In this document: in pieces, positions 25,798 to 41,485 of the stretch
Layout of the letters: each line of letters opens with the position of its first letter
Numbering within the stretch: the stretch's first letter is position 1
Source: Eledone cirrhosa
Lineage: Eukaryota
Assembly: GCA_964016885.1 (NCBI GenBank)
Contig: OZ024766.1
Span: forward strand, 10,044,001 to 10,108,000
DNA length: 64,000 nucleotides
Reading direction: 5' to 3'
Notes under the pieces: model-generated
What the model saw: the letters and a program-made list of their open reading frames with translations, nothing else
What the model was told of the DNA's origin: nothing
Databases searched by the model: none
Program-made: the position numbers and the translations under genes

Positions 25798-26516
25798 ACG
25801 ATTCATGTAACATCAGCATTATTCGAGGTTCACTTTGCCTTTCATCCGTACGGGGTCGATAAAATAAAGTACCAGTAATGAACTGGGTTATTGCTGGCCT
25901 TGTGCCTAAAGTAGAAACAATTATTATTTTTGTTATTAAGGGCGGTGGATTGGCAGTATCGGTAGAGGGTCGGACGCCATGCTTTGCAGCATAGAGTTAC
26001 GGCTCTTTATGGTCTGAGCTCAAATCCTGCCGAGGTTAACTTTGCCTTTCATCCTTATGGGGTCGATAAAATAAAGTACCATATAGTATATATAAAATAA
26101 TGTGAATAAAGTACCAGTCACGCACTGGGGTCGATTTAATCGACTTTCCCCTCCCCCCAAATTACTGGCCTTATGCCTATATAAGAAACCATTATTATTT
26201 TTGTTAAGGGCAGTGGATTGGCAGTATCGGTGGAGAGTCGGACGCCATGCTTTACGGTTTGAGTTCAAATCCCGCCGAGGTTAACTTTGCCTTTCATCCT
26301 TACGGGGTCGATAAAATAAAGTACCAGTAATACACTGGAGTAATTGCTGGCCTTGTGCCAAAAGTAGAAACAATTATTACAGGGTTGACAAAATAAAGTA
26401 CCAGTAATACACTGGAGTAATTGCTGGCCTAACGTAGAAACAATTGTTATTTTTATACTGAATCTCCGTCATAACTACAAACTACGAGTGTTGAGAGCTT
26501 TCTCCTGCTTGCTCCT

Positions 26517-26559
<43 letters not shown>

Positions 26560-27122
26560 CGAAGGAGTTGTGGTAAGGAACCAAGTGGACCATAACGCAC
26601 CAAAGTACTCAATACTTAGGGTAGAAGAGTGGGTAATAGGAACAAGTAAGACCCCGACGGCTGAGCTCAAGCCGTTTCGACGGCTAATTCTGTACTGTAT
26701 TAGCCGTCGAAACGGCTTGAGCTCAGCCGTCGGGGTCTTACTTGTTCCTATATATATATATATATATATCAACCCATGATAGCGTCGAAGATGGACGTTA
26801 AACGATGATGATTTTATATATATATATTATATATATATATATATAGGTGTGTATGTGTGTACGTGTGCATATATATATATATCCATGTGAGTGGGTATAC
26901 ATATATATCTGCGTGTAGATATATATATATACGTGTATATATATATATATGTGTGTGTGTGTTTATATGCGTATCCCGTTGTCTATAAACGCCTATATAT
27001 ATATATATATGTGTGTGTGTGTGCGCGTGTGGAGATATACGTAATTATATGTATGCTTATATGTTAATATATATACTCGGACATAGATTTGTGAAGATAC
27101 ACGCATATACACCCACACACAC

Positions 27123-27171
<49 letters not shown>

Positions 27172-27373
27172 TACACACACAGAAACATATATATATATCA
27201 AGATTAATATAGAAATGGCTTCTACGGGACAAGAACGATTTCATTCATAATACAACAATCATAAAGCTTAGCCGATGTATATAAATATATATAATATATA
27301 TATATATACATGTATATATATATGTATATATATATATACATGTATATATATATATACATGTATATATATATAT

Positions 27374-27413
<40 letters not shown>

Positions 27414-27952
27414 ATATATATACATGTATATATATATATATACATGTATATATATATACATGTATGTATATATATATACATGTATATATATATCTTAGCC
27501 GATGTATATATTAATATATGCATCGGCTAAGATTTATATATATATATATTTATATAAAAGGTGTCCCCAAAAATGTATACAAAAAGGCTGTTCATTCTAA
27601 GAAATATTGATTGTACGAGTAATCAACGTATGTATACATTTTGGGGGAAAACTCTGTATATATGAATGTACCTGCGTGTGTATATATATATATATGTGTG
27701 TGTATATATATGAATGTATGTATGTGTGTATATAAATATATATATACATATATAAATAAATATACTTGCCTGTCTTCCTGAATCCGCAATGTGATGAAGT
27801 TCGACTAACTTTCTCTCTCTTTCCGAGAGAAGTGTTGGTTTCAGAAAGGGAGATAACTCTACATTTTTTTAACCCCCGGTCAGTCCTGATAATGAAGAGT
27901 GGTTTATGATCAAAGGTATTCTAGCCTTGACCACCCTGTCTTTTTTTATTCA

Positions 27953-29812
27953 CACAGTGTATCTAGGACTACATTATCTAATGTGTCCTGTCTTATATAC
28001 AGACACAGTGTATCTAGGACTACATTATCTAATGTGTCCTGTCTTATATACAGACACAGTATATCTAGGACTACATTATCTAATGTGTTCTATCTTTTAT
28101 TCAGTCACAGAGTATCTAGGACTACATTATCTAATGTGTCCTGTCTTATATGCAGACACAGTGTATCTAGGACTACATTATCTAATGTGTCCTGTCTTAT
28201 ATACAGACACAGTCTATCTAGGACTACATTATCTAATGTGTTCTATCTTTTATTCAGTCACAGAGTATCTAGGACTACATTATCTAATGTGTCCTGTCTT
28301 ATATGCAGACACAGTGTATCTAGGACTACATTATCTAATGTGTCCTGTCTTATATACAGACACAGTGTATCTAGGACTACATTATCTAATGTGTCCTCTC
28401 TTATATACAGACACAGTCTATCTAGGACTACATTATCTAATGTGTCCTGTCTTATATACAGACACAGTCTATCTAGGATTACATTATCTAATGTGTCCTG
28501 TCTTATATACAGACACAGTCTATCTAGGACTACATTATCTAATGTGTCCTGTCTTATATACAGACACAGTGTACCTAGGACTACATTATCTAATGTGTCC
28601 TGTCTTATATACAGACACAGTGTACCTAGGACTACATGATCTAATGTGTCCTGTCTTATATACAGACACAGTGTATCTAGGAATACATTATCTAATGTGT
28701 CCTGTCTTATATACAGACACAGTCTATCTAGGACTACATTATCTAATGTTTCCTGTCTTATATACAGACACAGTCTATCTAGGACTACATTATCTAATGT
28801 CCTGTCTTATATACAGACACAGTGTATCTAGGACTACATTATCTAATGTGTCCTGTCTTATATACAGACACAGTGTATCTAGGAATACATTATCTAATGT
28901 GTCCTGTCTTATATACAGACACAGTCTATCTAGGACTACATTATCTAATGTTTCCTGTCTTATATACAGACACAGTCTATCTAGGACTACATTATCTAAT
29001 GTCCTGTCTTATATACAGACACAGTCTATCTAGGACTACATTATTTAATGTGTCCTGTCTTATATACAGATAAAGTATATCTAGGACTACATTATCTAAT
29101 GTGTCCTGTCTTATATACAGACACAGTGTACCTAGGACTACATTATCTAATGTGTCCTGTCTTATATACAGACACAGTGTACCTAGGACTACATGATCTA
29201 ATGTGTTCTATCTTTTATACAGACACAGTCTACCTAAGACTACATTATCTAATGTGTCCTGTCTTATATACAGACACAGTGTACCTAGGACTACATTATC
29301 TAATGTGTCCTGTCTTATATACAGACACAGTGTACCTAGGACTACATGATCTAATGTGTCCTATCTTTTATACAGACACAGTCTACCTAAGACTACATTA
29401 TCTAATGTGTCCTGTCTTATATTCAGACTCAGTCTATCTAGGACTACATTATCTAATGTATTCTGTCTTATATACAGACACAGTGTACCTAGGACTACAT
29501 GATCTAATGTGTCCTGTCTTATATACAGACGCAGTGTATCTAGGAATACATTATCTAATGTGTCCTGTCTTATATACAGACACAGTCTATCTAGGACTAC
29601 ATTATCTAATGTGTCCTGTCTTATATACAGACACAGTCTATCTAGGACTACATTATCTAATGTGTCCTGTCTTATATACAGACACAGTCTATCTAGGACT
29701 ACATTATCTAATGTATCCTGTCTTATATACAGACACAGTGTATCTAGGACTACATTATCTAATGTGTCCTGTCTTATATACAGACACAGTCTATCTAGGG
29801 CTACATTATCCA
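27953..29812. repeat. 51-bp minisatellite (about 36 units)
   Basis: Unit acagtgtatctaggactacattatctaatgtgtcctgtcttatatacagac. Confidence 0.93.
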
Positions 29813-30254
29813 ATGAACATGGCCATTAAAACGATGATGATGATGATAATATATATAAATAAAACCTTTGGTAATGGAGTAGTTATATATTGTGTTGTTC
29901 ACTTTCTAAGTAAATAGCTCTGTTCTGTACATAGAGCACTCTTTTTTCCTTTGCCTTTTCTTTGGAATTACCTAACACATAATATATATGAAAATTTCAG
30001 GACCAAATTGTTCATACTTTTCAAATTACCCACTCTACTCCACCAAATATTGAGTACTCTGGTGAGTAATGGTCTAACTGGTTTCTACCACTTCCACACA
30101 CACAGTAGATGTGGTTGGCGTTAGGAAGGGCATCCAGCTAAAAAAAAAAAAACCCGGCTAAATTTACAGACCAGTTGCAGCAAGGTATGGCGTGGCCTAT
30201 CCGGGCTATATTTGGTTCTCCACCCGGAAGCATGGAAAAATGGGCGTAAAACGG

Positions 30255-30303
<49 letters not shown>

Positions 30304-31059
30304 ATTTGGTCGTCAAGTATGAAATTTGTTGTTTTTATACAAATTTCTACAAATTTCATATTTGACGAGCTAATTATATTTATAGAACAGAAAATAATTG
30401 TTTCTACTTTTGGCACAAGGCCAGCAATTACCCAGTGTATTACTGTACTTTATTTTATCGACCCCGTAACAATTGTTTCTACATTTGGCACAAGGCCAGC
30501 AATTACCCAGTGTATTACTGTACTTTATTTTATCGACCCCGTAAGGATGAAAGGCAAAGTTAACCATGGCGGGATTTGAACTAGAACAAAAAATAATGAT
30601 TCGTATTTTAGGCACACTGCTAGCAATTTGGAAGAGAAGAGAAAGTCGATTAAATGAAGCCCAGTACATGACTGGTACCTTATATTATCGTTACCCTTAA
30701 AAGACAGAAAAACAAAATTGACCTCGGTGGGATTTGAACTCAGAATGCAAATGTATGAGACTACATTCTGGCAATTATTTTCTCTACATCTCTAATGTCG
30801 ATCACAACGACCCCAATATATGGCAGATATTCTATTTTATCAATCTTTCTCGAAAGAATGAAAGACAATGTCGACGTTGGCAGGGTTTGAACCCATAACA
30901 ACCGGGATTAAATGCTTCAAAGCATCTGTCTCTAACGCTTCCGCCATTCACCTTCCGTCTCTCCTAATTATTATCTGCTTGCTGCTAATAACAAATATGT
31001 CTGCTAGCAAATATGTCTCGAATATGCTACCAAGTAATCGATGTTTTTATATGAAACAG

Positions 31060-32060
31060 ACTGTGATATATTACTGAAATTCCATTGAAATATCTTCTCT
31101 GGTGTATATATGTTATTTTACACATATTTTTTATAATGTAAGATTTATTTCTTTGCTTTGAAAATTATATTTTAAAATTTCGTCTCTAACACATACCTAA
31201 CAGGTTAAAAAATGAGAAATTTCAACCATTACAAGTTACAATAACACCAATATTATTGTCAAATATATTGTGATATCTTTATATAATTTCATTGAAATCT
31301 ATGTATTTTATTTTAACTATCTTTTTATAATATAAAAATAATGTTTTTTCTTTGAAAAGTATCCCGCAGTGACGACATTTAATCAAATGTAAAATTGTAT
31401 AGACGAGGGAAAATAACAAATATCGTTTAATACTGTGATTAATTTATATAATTTCATTGAAATATATTCCATGATCTCTACTTTGTTTTAAATACCTTTT
31501 TTTAATATAAAAATAATATTTTTCTTTGACATTTATTTGGAAATTATTTCTCAATGATAAACATTTGAAGGGTAAACATTTGAATCTGGAACGACAATAA
31601 TGACAACATCAACAATATATATATACTGTTTTAAATTGTTTATAATCTCATTGAAAATTGTTCTACGATCTATATATTTTATTTAAAATATGTTTTTATT
31701 ATATAAACATTTTTTAAACTTTAAATTTACTACGAAAATATCCCCCAATGATAAACATTTTGAAGGGTAAACCCGATAAACTGAAGCAACATCATCAACA
31801 TTTTTATCAAATATACTTTGATAAATAGTTAGTATTTCATTGAAAGTTTTTCTAGGATCCATGTATTTTATCTTAAATATCTTTTTATTAGATAAAAAAA
31901 TATATTTTCATATGTAAACCTACTTTAAATATATCCCGCTATGATAAAAATTTACTGAAATGTAAAATTATATACAAGACTACCAACAGTACATCATCAA
32001 TATTATTAAATATATTCCGATAAATTATATCGATTTCACTGAAATTTCTTTTTTACACAA
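31060..32060. repeat. Old degenerate ~190-bp AT-rich tandem repeat
   Basis: ttcattgaaa-type anchor recurs near 31081, 31288, 31453, 31647, 31836 and 32035. Confidence 0.6.
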
Positions 32061-32823
32061 CCTATTTTCTTTTTTATACATCATTAACAAATTTTTTATT
32101 TAAAAAATACCGAAAAACTAACAAAAATCAAAGTAAAATAATATTAATTACAGTGGGGAAAATGGCGAGTTTTACGTAGATTTAAATAGCTTTTCAGTGT
32201 TTATTTACTAGTAAGTCTATTTATTTATTAATGTGAGATGATTTTTTTTCAGTATTTTTAAATTCTACACATAATTTAGGTTGATTTTAGCGCATTGCTC
32301 ATTTAATATTATTATTAATTATTATTAAAGTTCAAATCCCGCCGAGGTTAACTTTGCATCCTTACGGGGTCAATAAAATATAGTACCAGTAATGCACTGG
32401 TGTAATTGCTGGCCTTGTGCCAGAAGTAGAAACAATTATTATTAAATTCTAATTAAGGGCAGTAGATTGACAGTAATCGGCACATGCACAAGACACCATA
32501 GAGTTACGTCCCTTTACATTCTGAGTTCAAATCCCGCCGAGTTTAACTTCACCTTTCATCCTTACGGGGTTGACAAAATAAAGTACCTGTAATGCACTGG
32601 GGTCGATCTAGTTGACAACCACCCCTCCAAGAAAAATACGATTGCTGGCCTTGTACCTGAATCAGAAACCGGGACGTAACTATGCTGGAAAGCATGGCGT
32701 CCGACCCTCTACCGATACTGCCAATATATATAAACTATAATAAAGTAAGGAATGCGGGACTGCGTTCAGAATATATTTTTTTTATCCCGTTTGTAAAATA
32801 AGTTGGATTACTTTGAATAAATA

Positions 32824-33469
32824 GGCATACGTCAAGACGGGCGGTCTCAAAAGTGAAACTAATTTTGTGTGTATATAATGTGTCTATATATATATATATA
32901 TATGTATGTATATATATATTTATGCACACATTCACATTTGTATGAATTTGTTATGCCACATGCATATATATATACATCTACAAATTCATACAAATGTGTA
33001 TGTGTACATAAATATATATATACATACACATATATATATACAGACACATATATATACACACAAACACACATATATACACACAAACACATATATACACACA
33101 AACATATATATACGTCTAAACCCATGCTTGCGTGGAAGATAGACGTTAAACGATGATGATGACACAAACATATATATATATATACAAACACACATATTTA
33201 TATATATACAAACACACATATTTATATATATACAAACACACATATATATATATATATACATACACACACACATATATATACACACATATACACACCCACA
33301 CATATATATATACACACATATACACACCCACACATATATATATATTAAGAAATCCATACAATTGGGTGTGTCTGCATTATACTTTCACTATTAAAAAAAC
33401 AAACAAATTCATAATCGTATCTGACAAAAATTAGTTTCACTTTTGAGACCGCCCGTCTTGACGTATGCC
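32824..33469. mobile_element. Non-autonomous DNA transposon with ~43-bp TIRs and 9-bp TSD (MULE- or Merlin-like)
   Basis: GGCATACGTCAAGACGGGCGGTCTCAAAAGTGAAACTAATTTT inverted at both ends; GAATAAATA duplicated at 32815-32823 and 33470-33478. Confidence 0.8.
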
Positions 33470-33644
33470 GAATAAATAATAAATTTATATACTAAATTTC
33501 TTTATTCTTGATTAAATATAAATAATTGTGTTGCTTATTTTAAGATTCACTTCTTTAAAATTTTCAAATGTCAACACTTCCGGTTAGCGATCGCTTAAAT
33601 AAACATTCATATATTTCCGTCACTAATTTTCTCCTAATGCAGTT

Positions 33645-35555
33645 TATATATAATATTGTCTTTTTTTAATGTACCATGGATTACGTTACTGATTACATAA
33701 GACAGTGTAACACAGTCTTCGTTCAATTTCTATGTATATTATATATTATATATTATCAATTACGATTTTATTTGATGTATCATATCTACATGCATATATA
33801 CTTGCGTATAATATCAATATACACACTACACATGCTAGCAGATATATAATATCGTCTGTTTTTAATGTATCATGGATTACGTTACTGATTACATAAGACA
33901 GTGTAACACAGTCTTCGTTCAATTTCTATGTATATTATATATTATATATTATCAATTACGATTTTATTTGATGTATCATATCTACATGTATATATACTTT
34001 TGTATAATATCAATATACACACTACACATGCTAGCAGATATATAATATCGTCTGTTTTTAATGTATCATGGATTAGGTTACTGATTACATAAGACAGTGT
34101 AACACAGTCTTCGTTCAATTTCTATGTATTATATATTATCAATTACGATTTTATTTGATGTATCATATCTACATGTATATATACTTGCGTATAATATCAA
34201 TATACACACTACACATGCTAGCAGATATATAATATCGTCTGTTTTTAATGTATCATGGATTACGTTACTGATTACATAAGACAGTGTAACACAGTCTTCG
34301 TTCAATTTCTATGTATATTATATATTATATATTATCAATTACGATTTTCTTTGATGTATCATATCTACATGTATATATACTTGCGTATAATATCAATATA
34401 CACACTACACATGCTAGCAGATATATAATATCGTCTGTTTTTAATGTATCATGGATTAGGTTACTGATTACATAAGACAGCGTAACACAGTCTTCGTTCA
34501 ATTTCTATGTATTATATATTATCAATTACGATTTTATTTGATGTATCATATCTACATGTATATATACTTGCGTATAATATCAATATACACACTACACATG
34601 CTAGCAGATATATAATATCGTCTGTTTTTAATGTATCATGGATTACGTTACTGATTACATAAGACAGTGTAACAACGTCTTCGTTCAATTTCTATGTATA
34701 TTATATATTATCAATTACGATTTTATTTGATGTATCATATCTACATGTATATATACTTGCGTATAATATCAATATACACACTACACATGCTAGCAGATAT
34801 ATAATATCGTCTGTTTTTAATGTATCATGGATTACGTTACTGATTACATAAGACAGTGTAACAACGTCTTCGTTCAATTTCTATGTATTATATATTATCA
34901 ATTACGATTTTATTTGATGTATCATATCTACATGTATATATACTTGCGTATAATATCAATATACACACTACACATGCTAGCAGATATATAATATCGTCTG
35001 TTTTTAATGTATCATGGATTACGTTACTGATTACATAAGACAGTGTAACAACGTCTTCGTTCAATTTCTATGTATATTATATATTATCAATTACGATTTT
35101 ATTTGATGTATCATATCTACATGCATATATACTTGCGTATAATATCAATATACACACTACACATGCTAGCAGATATATAATATCGTCTGTTTTTAATGTA
35201 TCATGGATTACGTTACTGATTACATAAGACAGTGTAACACAGTCTTCGTTCAATTTCTATGTATATTATATATTATATATTATCAATTACGATTTTCTTT
35301 GATGTATCATATCTACATGTATATATACTTTTGTATAATATCAATATACACACTACACATGCTAGCAGATATATAATATCGTCTGTTTTTAATGTATCAT
35401 GGATTAGGTTACTGATTACATAAGACAGTGTAACACAGTCTTCGTTCAATTTCTATGTATTATATATTATCAATTACGATTTTATTTGATGTATCATATC
35501 TACATGTATATATACTTGCGTATAATATCAATATACACACTACACATGCTAGCAG
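33645..35555. repeat. ~190-bp tandem array (about 10 units)
   Basis: Near-identical units; the monomer is present once in the 11550-12210 homolog. Confidence 0.92.
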
Positions 35556-35882
35556 AAAACCACCCGAAGGGTCGTTTTTCTGCTAGTATATATAATTGAT
35601 GTTGGGTGCTTAAAGCGTCCGTATGCAGTAGGCCGTATGAGCACTCAATGCCCTCATAGAGCAGAGTATGATATCACAGGAAAAAAGAGAATCAGTGTTG
35701 TGACGAATGGAATTTTTTGGATACATTACAATCGTTTCTCTGGTGACCAGCTCGAGGCACGATCGATGTGGTGATCGAACCTGACTCTGAAAATTGCAAC
35801 ACTGATTCTCTTTTTTTCTGTGATATATATACATATATATACGATATTAAACAAATGGAAACTATATTTATAAAACCATATT

Positions 35883-35948
35883 TATTTCATTATACATATT
35901 TCAGGGATACCATATTAAAAATATGGCATGCCTTCGTCAGATAAAATA
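35883..35948 (-). ncRNA. Type I hammerhead ribozyme motif (mirror copy of 36070-36135)
   Basis: Reverse complement of the + copy in the same palindrome. Confidence 0.75.
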
Positions 35949-36069
35949 CAATATATAAACAGTTTTATAAATAATTTTGACGTACCATACATACCAAGCA
36001 GCCTCCTATCTTAATGGTCGCTTATATGTATGGTACGTCAAAATTATTTATAAAACTGTTTATATATTG

Positions 36070-36135
36070 TATTTTATCTGACGAAGGCATGCCATATTTT
36101 TAATATGGTATCCCTGAAATATGTATAATGAAATA
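36070..36135 (+). ncRNA. Type I hammerhead ribozyme motif
   Basis: tattttat-CTGACGA-aggcatgccatatt/aatatggtatccct-GAAA-TATGTA-TA-atgaaata; stems I and II pair; AUA cleavage triplet. Confidence 0.75.
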
Positions 36136-36421
36136 AATATGGTTTTATAAATATAGTTTCCATTTGTTTAATATCGTATATCTACTCCAAAAACTTGTCG
36201 AGTGCTTTATATCGGTTATAAAATATTTACTTGTTGTAACCCAACAATTTTAAATAAAACTTTTGCATATACATATATATATATATATATGCAAAAGTTT
36301 TATTTAAGATTGTTGGGTTACAACGAGTAAATATTTTATAACTGATATAAAAGCACTCAACAGTTTCTGGAGTAGATATACGATATTAAACAAATGGAAA
36401 CTATATTTATAAAACCATATT

Positions 36422-36487
36422 TATTTCGTTATATATATTTCTGGGATATCATATTAAAAATATGGTATGCCTTCCTCAGACAAAATA
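36422..36487 (-). ncRNA. Type I hammerhead ribozyme motif (diverged third copy)
   Basis: tattttgt-CTGAGGA...GAAA-TATATA-TA-acgaaata; stem I has a compensatory A-U to G-C change relative to 36070. Confidence 0.7.
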
Positions 36488-36639
36488 CAATACATAAGCT
36501 GTTTTATAAATATAGTTTCCATTTGTTTAATATCGTATATATATATATATATATATATTACCGACAATCCACTAACCTCATACCACAGCCCATCCCAGTA
36601 AGCGACCATAACCACCATCATATCATCACATCCACCGCC

Positions 36640-39600
36640 ACATACTCTACACTCCAAGGCCAACCCACCACCACCACCACCACACACCACCATAGCCCAT
36701 CTCATCCACCGACCGTCACCAACATCTCACCATCACCCTCACCCCCATATACACTAAAGGCCAAGGCCAACCCACCACCACACCACAGCCCACCTCATCC
36801 ACCGACCGTCACCAACATCTCACCATCACCCTCACCCCCATATACACTACACTCCAAGGCCAACCCACCACCACCACACCACAGCCCACCTCATCCACCG
36901 ACCGTCACCAACATCTCACCATCACATCCACCCCCATATACACTACAGGCCAAGGCCAACCCACCACCACACCACCACAGCCCATCTCATCCACCGACCG
37001 TCACCAACATCTCACCATCACATCCACCCCCATATACACTACAAGCCAAGGCCAACCCACCACCACCACCACCACACCACAGCCCATCTCATCCACCGAC
37101 CGTCACCAACATCTCACCATCACATCCACCCCCATATACTCTACAGGCCAAGGCCAACCCACCACCACCACCACACCACCACAGCCCACCTCATCCACCC
37201 ACCATCACCAACATCTCACCATCACACTCACCCCCACATACTCTACACTCCAAGGCCAACCCACCACCACCACCACCACCACACCGCAGCCCACCTCATC
37301 CACCGACCGTCACCAACATCTCACCATCACCCTCACCCCCATATACTCTACACTCCAAGGCCAACCCACCACCACCACCACCACACCGCAGCCCATCTCA
37401 TCCACCCACCATCACCAACATCTCACCATCACACTCACCCCCATATACTCTACACTCCAAGGCCAACCCACCACCACCACCACCACACCGCAGCCCATCT
37501 CATCCACCGACCGTCACCAACATCTCACCATCACCCTCACCCCCATATACTCTACACTCCAAGGCCAACCCACCACCACCACCACCACCACACCGCAGCC
37601 CACCTCATCCACCCACCATCACCAACATCTCACCATCACCCTCACCCCCATATACTCTACACTCCAAGGCCAACCCACCACCACCACCACCACCACACCG
37701 CAGCCCACCTCATCCACCGACCGTCACCAACATCTCACCATCACCCTCACCCCCATATACTCTACACTCCAAGGCCAACCCACCACCACCACCACCACAC
37801 CGCAGCCCATCTCATCCACCCACCATCACCAACATCTCACCATCACACTCACCCCCATATACTCTACACTCCAAGGCCAACCCACCACCACCACCACCAC
37901 CACACCGCAGCCCACCTCATCCACCGACCGTCACCAACATCTCACCATCACCCTCACCCCCATATACTCTACACTCCAAGGCCAACCCACCACCACCACC
38001 ACCACCACACCGCAGCCCACCTCATCCACCGACCGTCACCAACATCTCACCATCACCCTCACCCCCATATACTCTACACTCCAAGGCCAACCCACCACCA
38101 CCACCACCACCACACCGCAGCCCACCTCATCCACCGACCGTCACCAACATCTCACCATCACCCTCACCCCCATATACTCTACACTCCAAGGCCAACCCAC
38201 CACCACCACCACCACCACACCGCAGCCCACCTCATCCACCCACCATCACCAACATCTCACCATCACCCTCACCCCCATATACTCTACACTCCAAGGCCAA
38301 CTCACCACCACCACCACACCGCAGCCCACCTCATCCACCCACCATCACCAACATCTCACCATCACCCTCACCCCCATATACTCTACACTCCAAGGCCAAC
38401 CCACCACCACCACCACCACCACCACACCGCAGCCCACCTCATCCACCGACCGTCACCAACATCTCACCATCACCCTCACCCCCATATACTCTACACTCCA
38501 AGGCCAACCCACCACCACCACCACCACCACACCGCAGCCCACCTCATCCACCGACCGTCACCAACATCTCACCATCACACTCACCCCCATATACTCTACA
38601 CTCCAAGGCCAACCCACCACCACCACCACCACCACACCGCAGCCCACCTCATCCACCGACCGTCACCAACATCTCACCATCACCCTCACCCCCATATACA
38701 CTAAAGGCCAAGGCCAACCCACCACCACCACCACACCACAGCCCACCTCATCCACCGACCGTCACCAACATCTCACCATCACCCTCACCCCCATATACAC
38801 TACACTCCAAGGCCAACCCACCACCACCACACCACAGCCCACCTCATCCACCGACCGTCACCAACATCTCACCATCACATCCACCCCCATATACACTACA
38901 GGCCAAGGCCAACCCACCACCACACCACCACAGCCCATCTCATCCACCGACCGTCACCAACATCTCACCATCACATCCACCCCCATATACACTACAAGCC
39001 AAGGCCAACCCACCACCACCACCACCACACCACAGCCCATCTCATCCACCGACCGTCACCAACATCTCACCATCACATCCACCCCCATATACTCTACAGG
39101 CCAAGGCCAACCCACCACCACCACCACACCACCACAGCCCACCTCATCCACCCACCATCACCAACATCTCACCATCACACTCACCCCCACATACTCTACA
39201 CTCCAAGGCCAACCCACCACCACACCGCAGCCCACCTCATCCACCGACCGTCACCAACATCTCACCATCACCCTCACCCCCATATACTCTACACTCCAAG
39301 GCCAACCCACCACCACCACCACCACACCGCAGCCCATCTCATCCACCCACCATCACCAACATCTCACCATCACACTCACCCCCATATACTCTACACTCCA
39401 AGGCCAACCCACCACCACCACCACCACCACACCGCAGCCCACCTCATCCACCGACCGTCACCAACATCTCACCATCACCCTCACCCCCATATACTCTACA
39501 CTCCAAGGCCAACCCACCACCACCACCACCACACCGCAGCCCATCTCATCCACCCACCATCACCAACATCTCACCATCACACTCACCCCCATATACTCTA

Positions 39601-41485
39601 CACTCCAAGGCCAACCCACCACCACCACCACCACCACACCGCAGCCCACCTCATCCACCGACCGTCACCAACATCTCACCATCACCCTCACCCCCATATA
39701 CTCTACACTCCAAGGCCAACCCACCACCACCACCACCACCACACCGCAGCCCACCTCATCCACCGACCGTCACCAACATCTCACCATCACCCTCACCCCC
39801 ATATACTCTACACTCCAAGGCCAACCCACCACCACCACCACCACCACACCGCAGCCCACCTCATCCACCGACCGTCACCAACATCTCACCATCACCCTCA
39901 CCCCCATATACTCTACACTCCAAGGCCAACCCACCACCACCACCACCACCACCACACCGCAGCCCACCTCATCCACCGACCGTCACCAACATCTCACCAT
40001 CACCCTCACCCCCATATACTCTACACTCCAAGGCCAACCCACCACCACCACCACCACCACACCGCAGCCCACCTCATCCACCGACCGTCACCAACATCTC
40101 ACCATCACCCTCACCCCCATATACTCTACACTCCAAGGCCAACCCACCACCACCACCACCACCACACCGCAGCCCACCTCATCCACCGACCGTCACCAAC
40201 ATCTCACCATCACCCTCACCCCCATATACTCTACACTCCAAGGCCAACCCACCACCACCACCACCACCACACCGCAGCCCATCTCATCCACCGACCGTCA
40301 CCAACATCTCACCATCACATCCACCCCCATATACTCTACACTCCAAGGCCAACCCACCACCACCACCACCACCACACCGCAGCCCATCTCATCCACCGAC
40401 CGTCACCAACATCTCACCATCACATCCACCCCCATATACTCTACACTCCAAGGCCAACCCACCACCACCACCACCACCACACCGCAGCCCATCTCATCCA
40501 CCGACCGTCACCAACATCTCACCATCACATCCACCCCCACATACTCTACACTCCAAGGCCAACCCACCACCACCACCACCACACCGCAGCCCATCTCATC
40601 CACCGACCGTCACCAACATCTCACCATCACCCTCACCCCCATATACTCTACACTCCAAGGCCAACCCACCACCACCACCACCACCACACCGCAGCCCACC
40701 TCATCCACCGACCGTCACCAACATTTCACCATCACCCTCACCCCCATATACTCTACACTCCAAGGCCAACCCACCACCACCACCACCACACCGCAGCCCA
40801 TCTCATCCACCGACCGTCACCAACATCTCACCATCACATCCACCCCCATATACTCTACAGGCCAAGGCCAACCCACCACCACCACCACACCACCACAGCC
40901 CACCTCATCCACCCACCATCACCAACATCTCACCATCACACTCACCCCCACATACTCTACACTCCAAGGCCAACCCACCACCACCACCACCACACCGCAG
41001 CCCATCTCATCCACCCACCATCACCAACATCTCACCATCACACTCACCCCCATATACTCTACACTCCAAGGCCAACCCACCACCACCACCACCACCACAC
41101 CGCAGCCCACCTCATCCACCGACCGTCACCAACATCTCACCATCACCCTCACCCCCATATACTCTACACTCCAAGGCCAACCCACCACCACCACCACCAC
41201 ACCGCAGCCCATCTCATCCACCCACCATCACCAACATCTCACCATCACACTCACCCCCACATACTCTACACTCCAAGGCCAACCCACCACCACCACCACC
41301 ACCACACCGCAGCCCATCTCATCCACCCACCATCACCAACATCTCACCATCACACTCACCCCCATATACTCTACACTCCAAGGCCAACCCACCACCACCA
41401 CCACCACCACACCGCAGCCCACCTCATCCACCGACCGTCACCAACATCTCACCATCACATCCACCCCCATATACACTACAGGCCA
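36640..41485. repeat. ~90-105-bp C/A-rich minisatellite containing (CCA)n
   Basis: About 48 units; source of the 1701-aa Pro/His-rich ORF. Confidence 0.92.

Larger units (their letters stand above)
32731..35586 (+). mobile_element. Helitron-like element, family 2, copy 2, with internal ~190-bp tandem array
   Basis: Homologous to 9746-12240; 3' hairpin ending in CTAG at 35583-35586. Confidence 0.6.

Noticed and set aside
27953-29812. CRISPR-like appearance of regular arrays (also 24303-25365 and 46015-49915)
   Set aside because: Units are contiguous with no unique spacers, no cas genes, and the context is eukaryotic.
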